A DNA stretch of 64,000 nucleotides from Patescibacteria group bacterium. GTDB taxonomy: Bacteria; Patescibacteriota; Patescibacteriia; UBA1558; GWA2-36-10. Below, in pieces: positions 1 through 9,749 of the stretch. The translations under genes and the position numbers were made by a program. The notes beneath the pieces were generated by a model that saw only the letters and a list, made by a program, of their open reading frames with translations, made no database searches and was not told where the DNA came from. Location: the NCBI GenBank assembly GCA_018819405.1, contig JAHJQF010000001.1, positions 371,277-435,276 on the forward strand. The letters run 5' to 3'. Position 1 is the stretch's first letter, and every line of letters begins with the position of its first letter.

Positions 1-16
1 TTTTGCTTTTTATACG

Positions 17-361
17 TTGTCATCGGGCCTAGCTTTGCAGGGTTTAGATATAAATTTTTGGCATTCTAATAATATCAGTCAGGTACAAAATACATCAGGA
101 ACTCAAATAGTTAATATGGTTGTTGACTATAGTGGCTATACGCCTAGTGTTTTTAAAATTCAAAAAGGCGTCCCGGTAAAATGGCTAATCGACGGCCAAC
201 AGGTTTCGGGCTGCACCAACCAGATAATTGTTCCTTCTCTAAATATAAAGCAGGCTATTAATCCCGGAGAAAATATAATAGAGTTTATTCCTCAAGAGGA
301 AGGGACGATTAGCTTCAGTTGCTGGATGGGTATGGTTAGGGGTAAATTTATTGTTGAGTAA
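17..361 (+). CDS. C-terminal part of a cupredoxin-like domain protein (frame is open to position 2, so the 5' end probably lies outside the window)
   Basis: Frame has no stop upstream to the window edge. The C-terminal ~100 aa resemble small cupredoxin-like copper-binding domains (KGVPVKW...FSCWMGM). It sits directly upstream of copA. Confidence 0.4.
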   Translation: MSSGLALQGLDINFWHSNNISQVQNTSGTQIVNMVVDYSGYTPSVFKIQKGVPVKWLIDGQQVSGCTNQIIVPSLNIKQAINPGENIIEFIPQEEGTISFSCWMGMVRGKFIVE

Positions 362-372
362 TAAACAAATAT

Positions 373-2532
373 ATGAAAAAAATACAACTACAAATAACGG
401 GCATACATTGTGCTTCTTGTGTGAATATTATTGAAAAAAAACTAAGTAAACAAGAAGGCATAAAAAATAGTGCGGTTAATTTTGCTTTGGAGCAGGCCAA
501 TGTAGAATATGATAATAATGTGGTGTCAGAGCAAGATATATTGGATGTTATTGCTAAAGCCGGTTATCAAGCGACTGTGATATCAGATAAACCGCAGTCA
601 GAAACCGGACAACATAAACATATAGCTGATAATACAGAAAAAGAATCAAAACAGCGACTAATAAAATTTGTGGCAGCCTTTTTATTGACAGTTTTTATTT
701 TAATTTTGGATTTTCTTATTGATATTAAGAGTGAAATGACTATTATGTTGATTTTGGCTATTGGTTTGTTGTACACAGGTCAGGAATTTTATAAAGTCGG
801 TTTTCCATCACTTTGGCGTAGACAACCAAATATGGATACTTTGGTAGCTCTGGGATCGGGTACAGCTTTTTTGTATTCAGCTTATATTGTTTTATTTGTT
901 AATCACGGCAAAACATATTTTATGGATGTAGGCTTTATTACTACATTTATACTTTTGGGAAGATACTTAGAAGCTAGAGCCAAAGGCAAGGCATCAGAGG
1001 CTATAAAAAAGCTTTTGCAACTGGCTCCAAAAATTGCTCATAAAGTAACGGCTACTAGAGAGACTGAAGATATAGCTCTAGATTTGGTAAAGATAGGTGA
1101 TCAGCTTTTGGTAAAGCCGGGGGAAAAAGTGCCGGTAGATGGGGTCATAGTGGAGGGCAGTGTCAGCATTGATGAATCTATGATAACCGGAGAGAGCTTG
1201 CCGGCAGAAAAAACAATCGGCGATAAAGTAATCGGTGCTACTTTGAATAGTACACAAGTATTTATAATGAAGGCTGAGAAGATAGGTTCTGAGACTGTTT
1301 TATCTCAAATTATAAAAATGGTTCAGGACGCTCAGATGTCCAAAGCCCCTATTCAAAAATTGGTAGATAAAATATCAAATTATTTTGTCTGGGGCGTATT
1401 GGCTATATCTATAGCTACATTTTTTGGTTGGCTGGCAACGGGTGTTGAGGCTGGTAGAGCTTTATTTTATATGGTGACGGTATTGGTGATTGCCTGCCCT
1501 TGCGCTTTGGGGCTGGCTACGCCGATTTCTATTGTAGTAGGCACTGGTAGAGGAGCCAAGCTTGGTATTTTGATAAAAAATTCAGAAGCCTTGGAAAAGA
1601 TGAAAAAAATTACCGCCATTGTTTTTGACAAAACAGGTACTTTGACAAAAGGAAAGCCGGAAGTGGTAGAGATAAAAGGTGATAAAAATATTTTGGAGAT
1701 TGCCTATTCTTTGGAACAAAACTCCGAACATGCTTTGGCCAAGGCAATTGTAAAAAAAGCTAAGCAGGAAAATATTTCTCATCAGTCAGTCAAAAATTTT
1801 AGGGCGATTGTCGGCCGAGGAGTTGAGGGAGAGCTGGGCAATAAGAAATATTTTTTGGGTAATACCTCTCTACTTAGAGAAAACAATATAGATTTTACGG
1901 AAGCGGAAAAAAGTATTATCAAAGAGGGGGAGGGCAAGGGTCAGACAGCGTTATTATTGGCTGATACTGAAAAATATCTAGGAGTTATTTTTGTAGCTGA
2001 TAAATTAAAAGAAAACGCCAAAGATATAATTGCAAAAATTAAGAAAATGAATATTACTACCATTATGATGACGGGTGACAATTCTTTGACCGCTCAAGCA
2101 ATTGCCAAGGAGGTTGGTATTGATAATTTTTATGCTCGTCTGATGCCGGATGAAAAAGTAGCCAAGATAAAGGAGTTGAAAAAACAGGGAGAGTTTGTAG
2201 CAATGGTAGGTGATGGTATTAATGATGCTCCAGCCCTGGCCTTGGCAGATGTTGGTATTGCTATGGGTACAGGTACTGATATAGCTGTGGAAACAGGTGA
2301 TATTGTCCTAGTCAAAGGAGATTTGGAAAAAGCGGTTGAGGCTATAAATTTATCAAAAGCGACACTTAGAACTATAAAACAAAATTTGTTTTGGGCTTTT
2401 ATATATAATAGTGTTGGTATACCAATTGCTGTTTTGGGCTTTTTGAATCCAGCTATTTCAGCCTTAGCTATGTCATTTAGTAGTGTTTCGGTGGTCTTAA
2501 ATGCCCTGAGGCTTAAAAGGGCTAAATTATAA
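373..2532 (+). CDS. copA: Copper-translocating P1B-type ATPase
   Basis: N-terminal HMA motif GIHCASC, CPC transmembrane metal site ACPCALG, DKTGTLT phosphorylation motif, [10 protein letters not shown] hinge; 719 aa. Confidence 0.95.
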   Translation: MKKIQLQITGIHCASCVNIIEKKLSKQEGIKNSAVNFALEQANVEYDNNVVSEQDILDVIAKAGYQATVISDKPQSETGQHKHIADNTEKESKQRLIKFVAAFLLTVFILILDFLIDIKSEMTIMLILAIGLLYTGQEFYKVGFPSLWRRQPNMDTLVALGSGTAFLYSAYIVLFVNHGKTYFMDVGFITTFILLGRYLEARAKGKASEAIKKLLQLAPKIAHKVTATRETEDIALDLVKIGDQLLVKPGEKVPVDGVIVEGSVSIDESMITGESLPAEKTIGDKVIGATLNSTQVFIMKAEKIGSETVLSQIIKMVQDAQMSKAPIQKLVDKISNYFVWGVLAISIATFFGWLATGVEAGRALFYMVTVLVIACPCALGLATPISIVVGTGRGAKLGILIKNSEALEKMKKITAIVFDKTGTLTKGKPEVVEIKGDKNILEIAYSLEQNSEHALAKAIVKKAKQENISHQSVKNFRAIVGRGVEGELGNKKYFLGNTSLLRENNIDFTEAEKSIIKEGEGKGQTALLLADTEKYLGVIFVADKLKENAKDIIAKIKKMNITTIMMTGDNSLTAQAIAKEVGIDNFYARLMPDEKVAKIKELKKQGEFVAMVGDGINDAPALALADVGIAMGTGTDIAVETGDIVLVKGDLEKAVEAINLSKATLRTIKQNLFWAFIYNSVGIPIAVLGFLNPAISALAMSFSSVSVVLNALRLKRAKL

Positions 2533-2643
2533 AATATCATAAGCAAAGGCACCTTGAGCATAATGCAAAGGTGTTTTTGCTTTTCGCTTAAAAATGATAT
2601 AATCTATATGAATAATTAAGTTTGTTTATCTAAAATAGAAAAA

Positions 2644-3195
2644 ATGAATAAAAATATCCGACAATCATTTAGCTTGGTTTTTACAAAAAAGGATTATATT
2701 ATTTTAGCTTTAATTATCGCCTTGTTATTTTTTTTGGTGGGTATTCTTATACCAGGCATCCCTTTTTTGAAACTGGTTTTTTCCTATACACCACCTGAGT
2801 TTTTGCCCAGATTAAAAGCTGTTTTAAAAGTCTGGGATTTTTTTAAGTCAAATTCTACGCTGTTTAGTAGATATTTATTATTTTTTGTGGCAATACTGAC
2901 GGGCATCAATTTGTCTATGTTTATTTTTTATTTAAAGCGCCGGATAAAATTGGAAAAGTCAGTAGGAACCGGATTTTTTGGCATAGTAATAGGACTCTTG
3001 GGCGTGGGTTGTGCTTCATGCGGGTCAGTTGTCTTATCTTCTTTATTTGGTTATACAGCTGTGACAGGCTTTTTGGGTATATTACCTTTCAAAGGAAAGG
3101 AGATAGGTTTTGTGGGGCTTGCTTTACTTCTGACCTCTATTTATCTGATAGCCGATAAGATACAAAACCCAAATAGTTGTAAAATTGAAAATTAA
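2644..3195 (+). CDS. Hypothetical 4-TM membrane protein with an intramembrane CxxC (GVGCASCGS), possibly metal-related
   Basis: Hydrophobic profile with a CASC motif inside a predicted TM helix; located in the copper cluster. No family recognised. Confidence 0.45.
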   Translation: MNKNIRQSFSLVFTKKDYIILALIIALLFFLVGILIPGIPFLKLVFSYTPPEFLPRLKAVLKVWDFFKSNSTLFSRYLLFFVAILTGINLSMFIFYLKRRIKLEKSVGTGFFGIVIGLLGVGCASCGSVVLSSLFGYTAVTGFLGILPFKGKEIGFVGLALLLTSIYLIADKIQNPNSCKIEN

Positions 3196-3206
3196 ATTTT
3201 TGTAGT

Positions 3207-3659
3207 ATGAAAATTATTAGCCCAGCTTTTGGTCATATGACTTCTATGCCGGCCAAGTATACTTGCGATGGTAAAAACATCAATCCGCCTTTGGAGTTTG
3301 TGGATGTGCCTCAAGAAGCCAAAAGTTTGACTCTTATTATGGATGATCCAGATGCTCTCAAGCCGGCTGGGCGAGTTTGGGATCATTGGTTGGTGTGGAA
3401 TATGCCTAGTGTTACTAGAGTTATTGCGGAAAACACACAGCCAGCCGGCGTAGTAGGGCCAAACACTAGGGGTAATCACGCTTATAGAGGGCCTTGTCCG
3501 CCAGATGGTGAGCATAGATATATTTTCAAACTTTACGCTCTAGACGTTGAACTGGATATTGATGGAGAAAGTAACAAGCATGAGCTGGAATCGGCTATGA
3601 GTGGCCATATTTTGGCTCAGGCGGAACTAATTGGCCTATATAATAGGGAAAATTACTAA
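3207..3659 (+). CDS. YbhB/YbcL family phosphatidylethanolamine-binding protein (PEBP / Raf kinase inhibitor-like)
   Basis: Characteristic PEBP motifs DDPDA, WxHW, GPCPPxGxHRYxFxLYALD. Confidence 0.8.
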   Translation: MKIISPAFGHMTSMPAKYTCDGKNINPPLEFVDVPQEAKSLTLIMDDPDALKPAGRVWDHWLVWNMPSVTRVIAENTQPAGVVGPNTRGNHAYRGPCPPDGEHRYIFKLYALDVELDIDGESNKHELESAMSGHILAQAELIGLYNRENY

Positions 3660-3660
3660 T

Positions 3661-4023
3661 ATGGCAAAAAACGATTTTGGTCTAGTATTCTGGGCGCATC
3701 TAATAGTGATTTTAGTTTTTATATCTTCTCCTTTTTGGCTGGGCTGGCAGTGGATATTATTGTTAGTTATATTATTTGTAATACAAGATAAAACGGCTAA
3801 AAATTGTGTTTTGACCAAAGCTCAGTTTAAGGACAGAGAAGACATTGTCTCAGAGGAGCTTAGTTTTTATGTTTATTATTTTAAAAAAATGGGCTTAAAA
3901 ATAAACGCCAAAAAAATCAAAAAATATTTTGCTTGGTCGCTTTTGTGGGTAGTATTTATTTTTGCTGTTTTTTGGCAGCTTGATCTGGGGCAGTCGCCTT
4001 GGTGGTTTGCTAATTTATTTTAA
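3661..4023 (+). CDS. Hypothetical small membrane protein
   Basis: ORF with 3 predicted TM helices. Start moved to the internal Met at 3661 to avoid overlap with the upstream stop. Confidence 0.45.
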   Translation: MAKNDFGLVFWAHLIVILVFISSPFWLGWQWILLLVILFVIQDKTAKNCVLTKAQFKDREDIVSEELSFYVYYFKKMGLKINAKKIKKYFAWSLLWVVFIFAVFWQLDLGQSPWWFANLF

Positions 4024-4067
4024 AATATAGTATTATAAATTTGGCTTAATTATTAAGCAATAAACAT

Positions 4068-4658
4068 ATGAAAAAAATTAAAAAGTTACCAACTAAAGTG
4101 ATAAAACATTTAGAAAAGGCAGGTATCAAGCACGATATGTTGGAACACCGGACAGTTTATACAGCTATTGATGCAGCAGCTACCATGAGAAAGAAAGTAG
4201 ATGAAGTGGCCAAGGCGCTATTGGTAAAAGCAGATAAAGATTATTATGTAGTTATTTTGCCAGCCGATCATAATCTGGATATTGTTAAACTTCAGAAAGT
4301 AATTTCCAAGGCTAGTGGCAGACCGATAAAAGTGGTCAAAATCCCGGGTGAAACTTTGGCTCGAGAAGTGCTCAAGATAAAAAATAATGCCATGGCAGCT
4401 TTTGGGTCATTGTATAAATTGCCTGTTTTAATGGAGTCTAAGCTAACTAAAACAAAGAAAGCAATATTTTCATCAGAAAGTTATAATCATTCGGTTGAGA
4501 TGGCGGTCAAAGATTTTGTGAAATTGGAAAATGCTCTAGTGGCTTCTTTTGGTGCTAAAAGAAAAATAAAAAAAGTACCGGCGCCAAAAAAGAAAGTGGT
4601 CAAGAAAAAGATAACTAAAAAAAAGCTTGTTAAAAAAGCAGTTAAAAAGAGAAAATAA
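4068..4658 (+). CDS. YbaK/ProX-family aminoacyl-tRNA trans-editing deacylase with a ~40 aa lysine-rich (histone H1-like) C-terminal tail
   Basis: YbaK-domain pattern (HD/HRTV...KALLVK...YYVVILPADHNLDIVKL). C-terminus is KRKIKKVPAPKKKVVKKKITKKKLVKKAVKKRK. Confidence 0.65.
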   Translation: MKKIKKLPTKVIKHLEKAGIKHDMLEHRTVYTAIDAAATMRKKVDEVAKALLVKADKDYYVVILPADHNLDIVKLQKVISKASGRPIKVVKIPGETLAREVLKIKNNAMAAFGSLYKLPVLMESKLTKTKKAIFSSESYNHSVEMAVKDFVKLENALVASFGAKRKIKKVPAPKKKVVKKKITKKKLVKKAVKKRK

Positions 4659-4660
4659 AT

Positions 4661-4699
4661 AAAAATTCCCGCCGCGCTGAGCGCGGCGGGAATTTTTTA
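4661..4699. terminator. Bidirectional rho-independent terminator between convergent genes
   Basis: Perfect 12-bp GC-rich stem ttcccgccgcgc / gcgcggcgggaa with a 3-nt loop, A-run before and T-run after. Confidence 0.8.
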
Positions 4700-6178
4700 T
4701 AAATCTATAGTAACATCTGAGTCGGTATATAAGAGCATAAGGTGGTCTTTTATATATCTAAGATGCATATTGTGGTACTGAGGCTTTATATCAAGCCCAT
4801 TGGTAGTAAATAATTTGCTAAAAACATAATCAGTTAGCATTATATAAGACGGACCAGGTATATTATATTGATTTTTATCTTCTTCGGGATACAACCAATA
4901 TATTTGGTGGCCTGAATAATAACTTATTACATCTGGTACTGGGCCACTAAGAAAATACAAAGGTAATTCTGGCTTGTTGTCTTCTCTAATAATTAGACCT
5001 ATTTCTTTTAGGTTTTGGTCAAACTGATAATGTAGGGTTCTTAAGATTTTGTCGTTATGTCCGATGGATAAAGAAATAGAATAAATAACCAAAATAGTAA
5101 AAATGATAACATATAGTATTTTTATAAGTTTGTTTTTGCTAATTTTCCATAAACGATAAAAAGCTAAGCCAATTACCGTTGCTATATAGGGATAGGCGGG
5201 TATGAGATAAGTAGATATTTTTGTCTTTGATAGTGAATAAAATAAAATTATAAATAAGACAGAACACAAGCTGACCATAAAAAACTGTTTTGTCTTTTTA
5301 TCTTTATAAAATTTATTGATTATCAAGAAAATAATAATAGAAAGCAAAAATATTTGCCACCATGGTTGGCTAAAATTCCATAATTTATTTAAGTAGGCAA
5401 AATATTCTACTTTTTCTTTTATTCCAAAACCACCTTGAGCCCTTTCCCAAACATTCCAAATAATATATTTTTGCCAAAATTCAGAACCCCAGACCAGATG
5501 TTGGTTTATATGCCAGGGCAGTACAATTAATAAAGATAAGGGTAAACCAATCCATAGCCACTTACTTTTTAACCAGCTCCATTTTTTATAAAAAAAACTA
5601 AATATAAAAAATATAGGTATTACTGCCAATATAGAGACGCTTTTCATCAAAAAACCTAAGGCAAGAAGAGGTAAAATTGTCAGAAGATATTTTTCTTTTT
5701 TCCAGCCTACTATCAAAAAATATACTGAGGCTAGCATGATAGCATTTAGAGGAGTATCCAACCTTACTTGTCGTGAGCTAATGTAGAAAAACGGAATTAT
5801 AGCTAAAATAAAAGATGATAACAAAGCCAGATATTTTTGCTGGCTTAATTTTTTTATAATCAAGAAAATCAGCAATACAGAAAAAATGGCCGACAAAGCT
5901 GAAATTATACGGTAGGCTATTTCTGTATCACCAAATATTTTGACCATTGGCATACTCAGCCAAAAATACAACGGAGGCTTTTCAAACCAGTTGTTGCCCA
6001 TATGCTTCAGGGTCATTATTTGCCCGCTGTTTAGAGTATCTCTAGTGACCTGGGCATAGATACTTTCATCATAAGCAGTAATTGGTAGACTGCCCAGTTG
6101 CCAGAAATAAAAACAATAAGCAAATGAGATTATGAAGATTAGGGGAAGATAATGGATTATTTTTTCTTTGTTTAACAT
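4697..6178 (-). CDS. GT-C fold glycosyltransferase (ArnT / PMT family GT39/83-like), 12-TM membrane protein
   Basis: N-terminal DE-containing loop (AYDESIYAQV...EKPPLYFW) typical of ArnT/dolichyl-phosphate-mannose mannosyltransferase-like enzymes; polytopic. Confidence 0.6.
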   Translation of the reverse strand: MLNKEKIIHYLPLIFIISFAYCFYFWQLGSLPITAYDESIYAQVTRDTLNSGQIMTLKHMGNNWFEKPPLYFWLSMPMVKIFGDTEIAYRIISALSAIFSVLLIFLIIKKLSQQKYLALLSSFILAIIPFFYISSRQVRLDTPLNAIMLASVYFLIVGWKKEKYLLTILPLLALGFLMKSVSILAVIPIFFIFSFFYKKWSWLKSKWLWIGLPLSLLIVLPWHINQHLVWGSEFWQKYIIWNVWERAQGGFGIKEKVEYFAYLNKLWNFSQPWWQIFLLSIIIFLIINKFYKDKKTKQFFMVSLCSVLFIILFYSLSKTKISTYLIPAYPYIATVIGLAFYRLWKISKNKLIKILYVIIFTILVIYSISLSIGHNDKILRTLHYQFDQNLKEIGLIIREDNKPELPLYFLSGPVPDVISYYSGHQIYWLYPEEDKNQYNIPGPSYIMLTDYVFSKLFTTNGLDIKPQYHNMHLRYIKDHLMLLYTDSDVTIDL

Positions 6179-6288
6179 TCTCTAAGTTTAACTAATTTTT
6201 TTAAATTTGGCTATACAGTTTTTTGCTTTGTCTAAAATACCTATTTCTGGTATAATTTATATGATAAATTTTATTTTTATTATTTAAA

Positions 6289-8019
6289 ATGGCTTCACAT
6301 TTACCAATAACTCAGGAGGAACTAAAAAAAATACTTCTTGACGCCAAAGTAATCAAAGAAGATGACTGGGCAGAGGCTGACGATAATGCTCACCGTAGAA
6401 GAAGAGGAGTAGAAGAAGTGCTTATTGAGCGCGGTTTTGTCAATGCCAGATATTTGTATGAATTGGTGGGAGATTTTTTGAAAGTGCCTTATGTGAATTT
6501 GAGAAAAAGAAAACTTGACCCGGAAGTTTTGAAAATTATAGATGAAAAAACCGCTAGATCAGCCAAAGCAATTCCTTTTAATTTGGAAAAAGATGTTTTA
6601 AAGGTAGCCTTTGTTGATCCTAGAGAAAAAGCAGTGATTTCGGCGGTAAAATCAATGAGTAAGAAAAAAGTTGAGCCATATCTGACTAGCTACAAGAATT
6701 TTTTGTTTGCTTCTAGGCTGTATCAAAAAGATATTCAAGATGAATTAAACAAAATATTGGATGAAAAGATACTCAAAGTAGACGGTCGCCCAGCAGAAGT
6801 GGAAATCCCAATTATCAAGATTATAGATATAATTTTAGAAGCAGCTCTTTTTGAGCAAGCCTCAGATATACACGTAGAAGCCTTACCAGATGCCGTGGTA
6901 GTTCGTTTTAGGGTAGATGGTCATTTGCATGACATGGTAGAATTGCCAGCCTCAGTGCACGATGCCTTAGTGGCTCGTATCAAGATATTGTCTAATCTTC
7001 GTATTGATGAACATCGCGTGCCGCAAGATGGTCGTTTTTCTTTTAAAATAGAAGATGAAGAGGAGTCAGTCAGAGTATCGGTAATTCCGGCTTTTTATGG
7101 GGAAAAAATAGTCATGAGGCTTATGACTGATGAGGCTCAAAATTTGAGTATGGAAGATTTGGGATTTTTGGAACACAATGTAGAAGTGATGAAACGGCAG
7201 ATTAAAAAGCCTTTTGGCATGATATTGGTTGTTGGACCAACAGGATCTGGCAAAACAACTACTCTGTACTCAGTTTTAAATATTTTGAATACCGAAGAAG
7301 TAAATATTTGTACCATTGAGGATCCGATTGAATATGGAGTACATCGGGTCAATCAAACTCAGGTAAATCCCAAGGCCGGTTATGATTTTGCCAATGGTTT
7401 GAGGGCGCTACTTAGACAAGATCCTGATATTATCATGATTGGAGAAATCAGAGACAACGAAACAGCTCAGATTTCCGTCCGGGCGGGTTTGACAGGTCAT
7501 TTGGTATTATCAACCCTCCATACCAATAATGCAGCTGGTGCACCGCCTAGGCTTTTGGATATGGGAGTAGAACCATTTCTGGCCGCTTCCACCCTTAATG
7601 TAGTTATTGCTCAGAGATTGGTAAGAAGAATTTGTCTAAATTGTATAGAAAGTTTTCATCTTAAGAGTGATCAGCTAAAGAGTCTGAGTAGAGAGTTTAA
7701 TTTAGATGAAATGTTAAAGCGTTTCAAAGAATTTAAATTGGTAGAAGATAAAATAGAATCTTTTTCCAAATTGACTTTCTATAAAGGTAAGGGCTGCTCT
7801 AGGTGTAATGGCTCTGGTTATGATAAGCGTATTGCGGTGCTTGAGCTTTTGGAAAATAATTCAAAGATACAGGACGCAATTATTAAAAATTCTTCATCAG
7901 GTGATATAGAGAGGATAGCCAAAGAAAGTGGTATGGTCACCATTTTTGAAGATGGTATGCAAAAGGCGCTTTTGGGCATGACCACCATTGAAGAGGTGCT
8001 CAGAATTAAAAGAGAATAA
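6289..8019 (+). CDS. pilB: Type IV pilus assembly ATPase PilB (GspE family)
   Basis: T2SSE N-domain, Walker A GPTGSGKTTT, Asp/His boxes, C-terminal CxxC...CxxC zinc motif (CLNC...CSRC). Confidence 0.9.
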   Translation: MASHLPITQEELKKILLDAKVIKEDDWAEADDNAHRRRRGVEEVLIERGFVNARYLYELVGDFLKVPYVNLRKRKLDPEVLKIIDEKTARSAKAIPFNLEKDVLKVAFVDPREKAVISAVKSMSKKKVEPYLTSYKNFLFASRLYQKDIQDELNKILDEKILKVDGRPAEVEIPIIKIIDIILEAALFEQASDIHVEALPDAVVVRFRVDGHLHDMVELPASVHDALVARIKILSNLRIDEHRVPQDGRFSFKIEDEEESVRVSVIPAFYGEKIVMRLMTDEAQNLSMEDLGFLEHNVEVMKRQIKKPFGMILVVGPTGSGKTTTLYSVLNILNTEEVNICTIEDPIEYGVHRVNQTQVNPKAGYDFANGLRALLRQDPDIIMIGEIRDNETAQISVRAGLTGHLVLSTLHTNNAAGAPPRLLDMGVEPFLAASTLNVVIAQRLVRRICLNCIESFHLKSDQLKSLSREFNLDEMLKRFKEFKLVEDKIESFSKLTFYKGKGCSRCNGSGYDKRIAVLELLENNSKIQDAIIKNSSSGDIERIAKESGMVTIFEDGMQKALLGMTTIEEVLRIKRE

Positions 8020-8022
8020 AAT

Positions 8023-9264
8023 ATGGAATATATTAATAATCAAAATGATAAAATTTCTGAAACCAGAGTCTCTGTAGATAATCTAAGGAAAGACGGGGAG
8101 CTTACTAAAGTAAGTCCGCAGATGACTTCTTTTAAGTTGTATACCAAAAAACCTACTTCTAAAACTGCAAAGAAAGAGGATAAAGAAATAACCCCGATTC
8201 ATAAAAAGGGATTTATTTTAGGTAGAGTGAGTCTGACTGACAAGATGCTTTTTATGGATAATATGTCTACTATGTTGAGGGCTGGTTTGGCTCTAGCTCC
8301 AGCTCTTAGGACGCTAAAACAAGAAATAAAAAATAAATATTTTAGGGATATTTTGGATTATCTTGAGCGCCATGTAGAAAATGGTCAGCCACTTTCTAAA
8401 GGTATGAAATATTATCCCAAGATTTTTCCGGAAATGATAATCGCCACAGTAGAAGTAGGAGAGAGTACTGGTATGTTGGCGGATTCTTTTGGCAATTTGG
8501 CTGATATTCTAAAAAGACAAAAGGAGCTACAAGGCAAGGTAATTAGTGCTGTCATGTATCCGTCCATTGTCATGTTGGCGCTTATTGCAGTATCAATATT
8601 TTTGGCTTTAGTTATTTTTCCTCAGCTAGTTGGTCTTTTTCAATCGGCCAATGTAGAATTGCCTTTTGTCTTGAGGGCAGTACAGGCGATAAATGGTTTT
8701 ATTAGAAATTATACTTGGCATACTTTGGGTGGCTTGGTTATTTTTGGAGTGGCTATGAGATTTATATTTAAATTTCCAAAACCAAAATTTTTCCTTCACA
8801 GCATGATGCTCAAGATACCTTTTATTGGTAAGATAATCAGAGAGTTGTCGCTCACTAGATGGGCTGGAAATTTACAAGCTTTATTGGGAGCAGGATTGGC
8901 TATTGTAAATTCTATGAAAATATCAGCCCAGACACTTGGTAATATTAGATTTAAAAATGCAGTGTTAGAGATGTCTGATGAATTGGAAAAAGGCACTTCT
9001 CTAGAAAAAGCCATGCTTAAAAGGCCTGATTTATTTCCATCCTTATCGACTCAATTGTGTCAGGTAGGCGAGACCACTGGTGAGCTGGAGGAAATCCTAG
9101 GCAAAATTTCCAAATTTTATGAAGATAGAGTCAACAACATTTTGAGTAATTTATCTACTATTTTAGAGCCAATTTTGTTGGTGGTAGTAGGTGTAGTGGT
9201 CGGATTTATTGCGGTATCAGTCATTGGTCCGATGTATGAACTCACTCTTAGCTTTGCCGAATAA
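8023..9264 (+). CDS. pilC: Type IV pilus platform protein PilC (GspF family)
   Basis: Two GspF repeats and polytopic membrane profile, immediately downstream of pilB. Confidence 0.88.
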   Translation: MEYINNQNDKISETRVSVDNLRKDGELTKVSPQMTSFKLYTKKPTSKTAKKEDKEITPIHKKGFILGRVSLTDKMLFMDNMSTMLRAGLALAPALRTLKQEIKNKYFRDILDYLERHVENGQPLSKGMKYYPKIFPEMIIATVEVGESTGMLADSFGNLADILKRQKELQGKVISAVMYPSIVMLALIAVSIFLALVIFPQLVGLFQSANVELPFVLRAVQAINGFIRNYTWHTLGGLVIFGVAMRFIFKFPKPKFFLHSMMLKIPFIGKIIRELSLTRWAGNLQALLGAGLAIVNSMKISAQTLGNIRFKNAVLEMSDELEKGTSLEKAMLKRPDLFPSLSTQLCQVGETTGELEEILGKISKFYEDRVNNILSNLSTILEPILLVVVGVVVGFIAVSVIGPMYELTLSFAE

Positions 9265-9272
9265 TATAAATT

Positions 9273-9749
9273 ATGTTTAAAAAATATCAAGGAGGATTTT
9301 CAATAATAGAAGTTATCATGGTTTTGGGTTTGGTTGGTTTGGTAGTTGGTTTTGGAGCATCTGGTTATCAGGTTTGGCAAAAAAATATTCATCTCAATAA
9401 TGTCAGGGATGAAATAAAAAGTAGTCTATTTAGGGCACAACAGTTGGCTACAGCTGCCGCCAAGAGCAATCCTTGGGGAGTCCATTTGGAAGTTGATAGC
9501 TATACAATATTTAAAGGAAACTTTTATAACGAAGACGATCCGGATAATATGAGCTGGCAGTTGGAGGGCGTAGAAATTCTAGAACCATATAGAAGTTTTG
9601 ATGATGGGGCAGGGAGCACTACGGCGGATGTTTTATTTGGTAAGTTTGATGGTCAGACTATTAATACTGGCATAATATCTCTTTCTCCTATTGCTGATCC
9701 AGCTTTGATAAAAACTATTGAGGTGGAAGCACCAGGGCAAATAAATTGA
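9273..9749 (+). CDS. Type IV pilin-like protein (class III prepilin signal)
   Basis: N-terminus QGGFSIIEVIMVLGLVGLVV matches the prepilin peptidase motif G/FxxxE followed by a hydrophobic helix. Confidence 0.7.
   Translation: MFKKYQGGFSIIEVIMVLGLVGLVVGFGASGYQVWQKNIHLNNVRDEIKSSLFRAQQLATAAAKSNPWGVHLEVDSYTIFKGNFYNEDDPDNMSWQLEGVEILEPYRSFDDGAGSTTADVLFGKFDGQTINTGIISLSPIADPALIKTIEVEAPGQIN

Noticed and set aside
567-2561. Antisense ORFs inside copA (567..776-, 1582..1782-, 2130..2561-)
   Set aside because: Fully embedded opposite a high-confidence conserved gene; low-complexity translations.
3192-3818. ORFs 3192..3515- and 3636..3818- opposite the PEBP and small membrane protein genes
   Set aside because: Antisense shadows of better-supported plus-strand genes.
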